DNA of 64,000 nt, from assembly GCA_022709525.1 (NCBI GenBank), contig JAKLIQ010000002.1:984-64983 (forward strand). The letters are read 5' to 3'. Numbering within the stretch: position 1 is the first letter of the stretch; every line of letters starts with the position of its first letter. This DNA is from Candidatus Omnitrophota bacterium. Lineage in GTDB: Bacteria > Omnitrophota > Omnitrophia > Omnitrophales > Aquincolibacteriaceae. The position numbers were made by a program, and so were the translations under genes. Below the pieces are notes generated by a model. That model searched no databases. It was given only the letters and a program-made list of their open reading frames with translations, and was not told the origin of the DNA. Shown here one piece after another: positions 49,401-55,400 of the stretch.

Positions 49401-52400
49401 GCGGCATTATAAATACCAATCCGTTCGACGCCTTTAACTAAAATCCGCGCCAACAATCGCCATTTGTTAGTATCGCGATAAAAAGTTTGCTCTTTTTTGG
49501 CTAACGAAGTTGCTCCTTTAGATTGGGCGAAAAGTTGCAGTAAAGTAGAACCAAAATAAAATATGCCAAATACAGCTGCAAGCGTCCCGAGCACCATCGA
49601 AGCAGACGCGCCTAACGCAATGGCTAGCCATGCGGCAACGCCGACCCCAATGCCGACATAGGAACCTGCGCGAACCGGAGCATCTCCATAAATATCTTTT
49701 GCGGCTTGAAAGCTTCCTTCCTGTGCTTTAAAAAAACGCTGCTGAATGACATTACTTCCGTACCAAACCACGAGAATAAGCGCAACCGGCAAAAGCGCGA
49801 GAAGAGCTCCCGAAGCTGTAAAAATTGAAAAAACAGCATAGACAGTCCCGGCTGTGATTAAGGTTTTGATGATCGCTGCCTTATCGATATTGATATACTT
49901 AGTAAAGACGGGGAAGGAAAAATAATCCGGTTGGATTAAAATGGGCTTTTCCTTGACGGGACGACCCATCACCGCATAATGCGATTTGAGAGCTTTATTG
50001 AAACCCAAAATAGCCGCTGCAAGAATAACGGCAATTCCACCCATAATAAGCGCGAAAGAAGCGGTCAAACCAAGACTTACACCGAGAATGCCGAGCGCGC
50101 CCGGGATCGCAATTGCAAACAGGGCAATACCTAACGCCACTGTGGTTACATTAAAAAGCAGGTTTAATGTAGAATAAATAATGTAAGCCCCGAGGTCGAC
50201 TGTCATTTGGACAAACGGTTTTTCGCCGGAGGGAGCCCAAAGACCCTCGATGCTTTCTTTTAATTTTGTCTGGGCGATATTTTCGGCAGAAATTTTCTTC
50301 ATGATAAGATTCTTAAAAAGAAGGATTCCCAGGAAAATAGCAACTGCACCCACAAGTATCCCCGAAATAGTCAGCAATGAAAGCGTTGTAGCGCCTGCCA
50401 CCAAAGAGGAGTTAGCTAAAAAGGCTGGGACAAATTTAAGAATGCCGGCGCTAAGGCTGCCCACGGAAACCCACTTCATAACAATGCCAAAAATCACTCC
50501 ACTCCAAATGGCAACATTGACCCCTGCCATAACTAAAATACGTGCGGCTTTTGCTTTCCCAATGGGAGCCGCAGGTTTTGGCATTTCCAATTTCGGCATC
50601 TCAAGACGGATGATGTTTTTCCTCGCGATGCTTCTAATAGAAGCCTCGACCATTCCCAAATGGAGATCGAGTTCTGTACGCATCTTCCCTTTGTAATCCC
50701 CGACACGAACCTGATCGACCGCCATTTCTATTCCGGACCCGCGGAACATTTCGGCTTTAATATCTTCCGCACGCGTAATATAAGAAGACCGTAACACATT
50801 TACTGTATCTTGAATCGACATTGCTGCCACTTCACGAACCCGTTCTAAAATCAAAGCCTGAATTGCGGCATCGACGGAAAGATCTGCGGGGGTATTTGCA
50901 AAAAGCGCAATGAGACGATTCAGCATTTCAGGATTCATCCCTTGAATAAAAGCATCTGCAAACACAAGCTCCACAACAATGCGCGCACGGGCAGTGTCAT
51001 CTTTTGCGGCCTTGAGACTGGCAAGCAGTGCGGTTTCTTTTTCGGGTGAGATTTTTATGCCTCTACTTTTTAAAAACTCGAGGGCTTCTTGAGGGGTTTT
51101 CCCTTTTAGCCCGGAGATTATTTCAGTCCGTGCGCCATAAATCACACGCTGAAATTCAGGCGAACTCAGTGCGGCATTCGCCTCAGAAATTGCGGCTTCA
51201 ATCAGCTCGTTTCGTTTCGCATTATCCCAAACAAATTCATCAAACCGATTGATATCTGCATAGGCGGCATCATCCATTTCTTCTCTTTGGGCATCGGCTT
51301 GCATTTTCTCGGCAAGGATCGTATCCAAAATGGCTACGATTTCAGATTCAAATCCGCTTAAACCAATCCCGCGCTCGAAATTGCGCGGATGCTGTTCGGA
51401 ACCGGCCTCCCACCATTTTTCCCGCCAACCTTCTCCTTTCATGGCAGCAATGCGTCCGGCCTCTTCGGCTTGATAACTTTTGCTGGGCATCCAATCTTGA
51501 ACCGTGCCGTCCTTTTGAGCGTTCTTCCTTAATTTCGCGATCAAGGCAAGAAGGGGCTTGCGGTTCGAATCGCTGACGACCTGCGATAATTTTTCAAGGT
51601 CGGCGATGGAATAATACTGCTTTACGTGACCATAGGTCCCTTCACGGCCAACGCGACCGATTAATTGATCCATAATAATTTTCAGGGTATGAATACGGGT
51701 GAGATACAATGTTAAGCCGGTCACGAGCCCTGTTTCGGGGCTAACGATTTGCTCCAGAATTCTTACGTTAATACCGCGCGTTAGCGTCGCGTCGATCAGA
51801 AGCACGTGCCCAGGTTTTCCGGCCCTGGCAAGGACTGCGCTCCGCTCATCTGCCGAAAGCGTATCGCTATAAATCTCAACTGTTATTTTTCCTTCCATGC
51901 CTCGAGCTTTAACAACTGCTTCGATCTCGGCTTTTAAAGACGCTGCATCTTGAGAATCGATATCAATAAGATGGGGACGGTCGGGATTTTCCACAACATC
52001 AGCAACCACCTCATTCATCTTTTTGATATTGCCAACAAAAAGATTGGGCTTATAAATTTCTTTCGTGTATTTAAAAAGCCCGTCAACATGTTCGACTTCA
52101 AGCCCTTGCCCTGTTGCAGCGTATTTGATAGCTAAAGCTCGATCTCCCGTGGCTGTCATCAAAACACTTCCTGCTATAGCGGGCAATTTGCTCATTTGCG
52201 CCAAACTCATCCGGCTTACCGTCTTTGTTTTAGCCTGACGCTCAAGGCCCGCTTTTTCACGCAGTGGGTTTTGAAGCTCCTGCAAATGCATTCCATACAT
52301 CGCCCGTTCGTCGCTTGAAAATGGAACGACCTCCCCGTTCACCACTATGAATTCTCGGAAAACTCTCTTTCCTTGATACTCGGAACCCATCACCTGACCT

Positions 52401-55400
52401 TTTTGAATAAAGCATTCATGCGCTGTCAGCTCAGACTCAACCATGGCTTTCCAGTGGTCGAAAGTAATGCCTTTTTCCTGGATTTTGCTCTTCTTATATT
52501 CACGACCGGCTGCCAGCGCTGCGGACCAAGTCAAAGTGACTTTGGCATTTTGGTCATCAATGGTGTAGCGATTGGTTTTTCGTTCCGTAGACGGAGCGTC
52601 CGAATTCTTTCTCAAGGTTCTCGCAAATGCCGCCGCGACTCCTTCGGCTTCAAGGAGCAATTTCGCGTTATCCGCTTCTCCGCCTGAAATAATGGCTTGG
52701 CTGGGGTCGGTAACTTCGGCTTGGTCTGCTTCATCTTTAATAAGTGCGATCTTTCCCCTGTTGCCCTCGTAATTTACAAAATGACGGCCGCCATCACTCT
52801 GTGCATAGAACTGAAATTCCTCATACCGGGCATAAACCGCATCGGCTTTACGCATGATGTAGTCGATCGGATCCTGATAATACCTTCCTTCCGCTGCTTC
52901 TCGCGTGATGTCTTCAGCGGTAATTTCGACCATGGCGCCTTTAGCGCGATTCCAAATCATGGCATGTTTGCCTTTAACATCGCTTACGATATACCCCACA
53001 TGGAATGGTTCGTCAGGGTCGGCTTGCGTGAAATATTTCTGGCTTTCGCGCGCGCCATCCTCGGCATTTTTGTCGCTATTGGTTGCTATGAACACCTTGC
53101 GGCCCGCTTGAGCTTTAAGCCAAAGATAAGTTGTCAGAATTCCGATAATGGTTTTTCCCGCGCCGGTTACGGCCAAATCTAAGATATTTTGATTTTTATT
53201 GAGCGCTTCGAGATTTTTGAGGGCGGCTTTTAATTGACCTCGCACAATACGAAAAGCAACGGCTGCAACAGCATTAAAAATCTTCTGAAGTACGAGATTC
53301 TCTGTTAGCAGAGCATCGTTATCCTGAACTTCCTGATCGTGATCTTTTACATCAATTACCTCGACGGGCTTAACCTCTTCAGGTTTTGCGACTTCTGCGG
53401 TGGGCTGAGCTTCAACTTTAGGGGCTTCCTCGACTTTAACAGCTTCGGTTGCTGGTTTTGCTTCTTCAACTGGCTCGGCAACAGCTTGTTTTGCTCCTTT
53501 AATGGGCTTAGCGTAGTGTGCGACGGCATAAGGACTAAGACGCATGGTATAGGTGTTAAGCGACACATCATTCTCATAAAGAAGCCAAATCTGCTTCTCA
53601 ATATGTTCAGCGCTGTGATTCAGGAGTAAGTGTTTAATGAACGGCTCAAAAGAACGCTGGGAAAGAATGGTCAAAACGCGATCTTTTTGTTCTTGTGAAT
53701 ATGTCGTATCACCGCGAATTCTTCCTCCCACATTCGCAAGCGCAACCAGCTTGTCTCGAAGGGTTGGAAACTCTATGGCATTCCCGTCTTTTCTGTATGC
53801 AAAACGCAAAAAGAGAATGTCTTTGGGTTCAAAATCTGGTTTTTCAGGATCGAGCAATATGGATCTCAGCGCATCAATCTTCTCTTTGATATCTGTGCTC
53901 TTGAGAAGCATCGCCTTGAATTTTGCATCCCTAAGGTTCTCGAATGTTCCTTCGCCAAAGGCATCCTCCATAAGCTTATGATTTTTTGTTACGAGATCAG
54001 AAACCGGCTGGATCATCGGCGGCTGAGCTTCTTCCACCGCTCGGGCCTCGGAACGGGTGCGAATCGAAGCGCCTTCAAGACTTCCCTTGACGAGATAAAA
54101 CGACACGACACGTCCGTCCTGGGCGGGAATTGATCCGCGCCTGCCGGGGACAACTCCGGTCACCTCCGGTTTTTTGTTGGGCTCATGCAGGACAAACACG
54201 ATGTCATGCCTATTCCCCGCAAAAATCCGCAGCGACGGATTTCCGTTAATCGTCGTATCAGATTTAGGATCAAACTTGGCTAAAAACTTTTTTAGTTCGC
54301 CTAGCGCTTTTTTCTCTTCGACGGTAGCGCTTCCATCAAGCTGCGAAAGTCTGTCTTCCATATCGTTAAAAACGCGAATCCGGTCCGGTCCTTGCGCAAG
54401 TAAAAGAGTTTCCGCAATCACAAGAGGGAAATAAAAGACCTCCATCCGAAGCTGCGAAAAATCCAGCGTCTGTCCTTCAGAAAGGATCATGCGCCATGCA
54501 GCCAATTGAAACCGCGGGTCATTCAGGACCGGCGACTTAGGCTGGAGGAAGGCCTCCGAAAGGACCTGCTCGATCGGGAGCGGGGTTTCGCGCAAAGCGG
54601 CGTCATAAAGCGCGCTTTCTTTCTTCTTATCGATGGTCTTGGTGATGCGCGGAGCGACTACTATATAAGAGATGTCCTTCTCGCGAAGGTATTTCTCGAT
54701 ACCGGGCGTATGGAAACCGCCGGTCACGATAGCGGATATCTTCTGCCCGCTTGAAAGGGTTTTCTCAACCGCTCGCTCGATCAGTACCTGGTCGCGCTCG
54801 AGAGCGGCTTTATAGAAGCGCTCCACACGCGGCAGATCCTGATCGAGGTACTCCACTTGGGACGGCAATCCGTAGGTGAAGTGGTACTTCTGCATGAGCG
54901 GTTTGAGAAAACTGACGAATGTTGCGGACTTGAATTCATCCTGATAGGTGTAGAAGAATTCAGCATCCTGCTTGGTAAGCGTGAAATCGAACATTTTGCT
55001 GTAGATATCATAAATGCGGAGGATGTGGTCGAGCTGGACTTGTTCGGGGGTGGTCAAGAGTTTGCTTTTGACGGTCTTTTCGAGGAATTCGATCTCATCA
55101 AAGATCGAGACATCGATCGCGTCATAAAGTTTCATGTACCGGATATAGGCGATCACATTCGCGTATTTGGCGTTCAGGTCTTCCCCGCCGGTCTGCGTCA
55201 CGCTTAATCCCTTGATCTCATCTTCCAGATAACCGTAATAAGCGGCGCGTTTCATTTTCTTCATGCGGAAGTGGACGGTGTTGGTAAGGAAACGGGACAG
55301 TTTTTCGCGGGAGAGCATGCGCTTCAGGTCGTTGATCAGCTCATCGGTCTCTTTTTCGGCCTTCTCAAAATCGACCTGCTTTTCAAGATCGACCAGCTGA

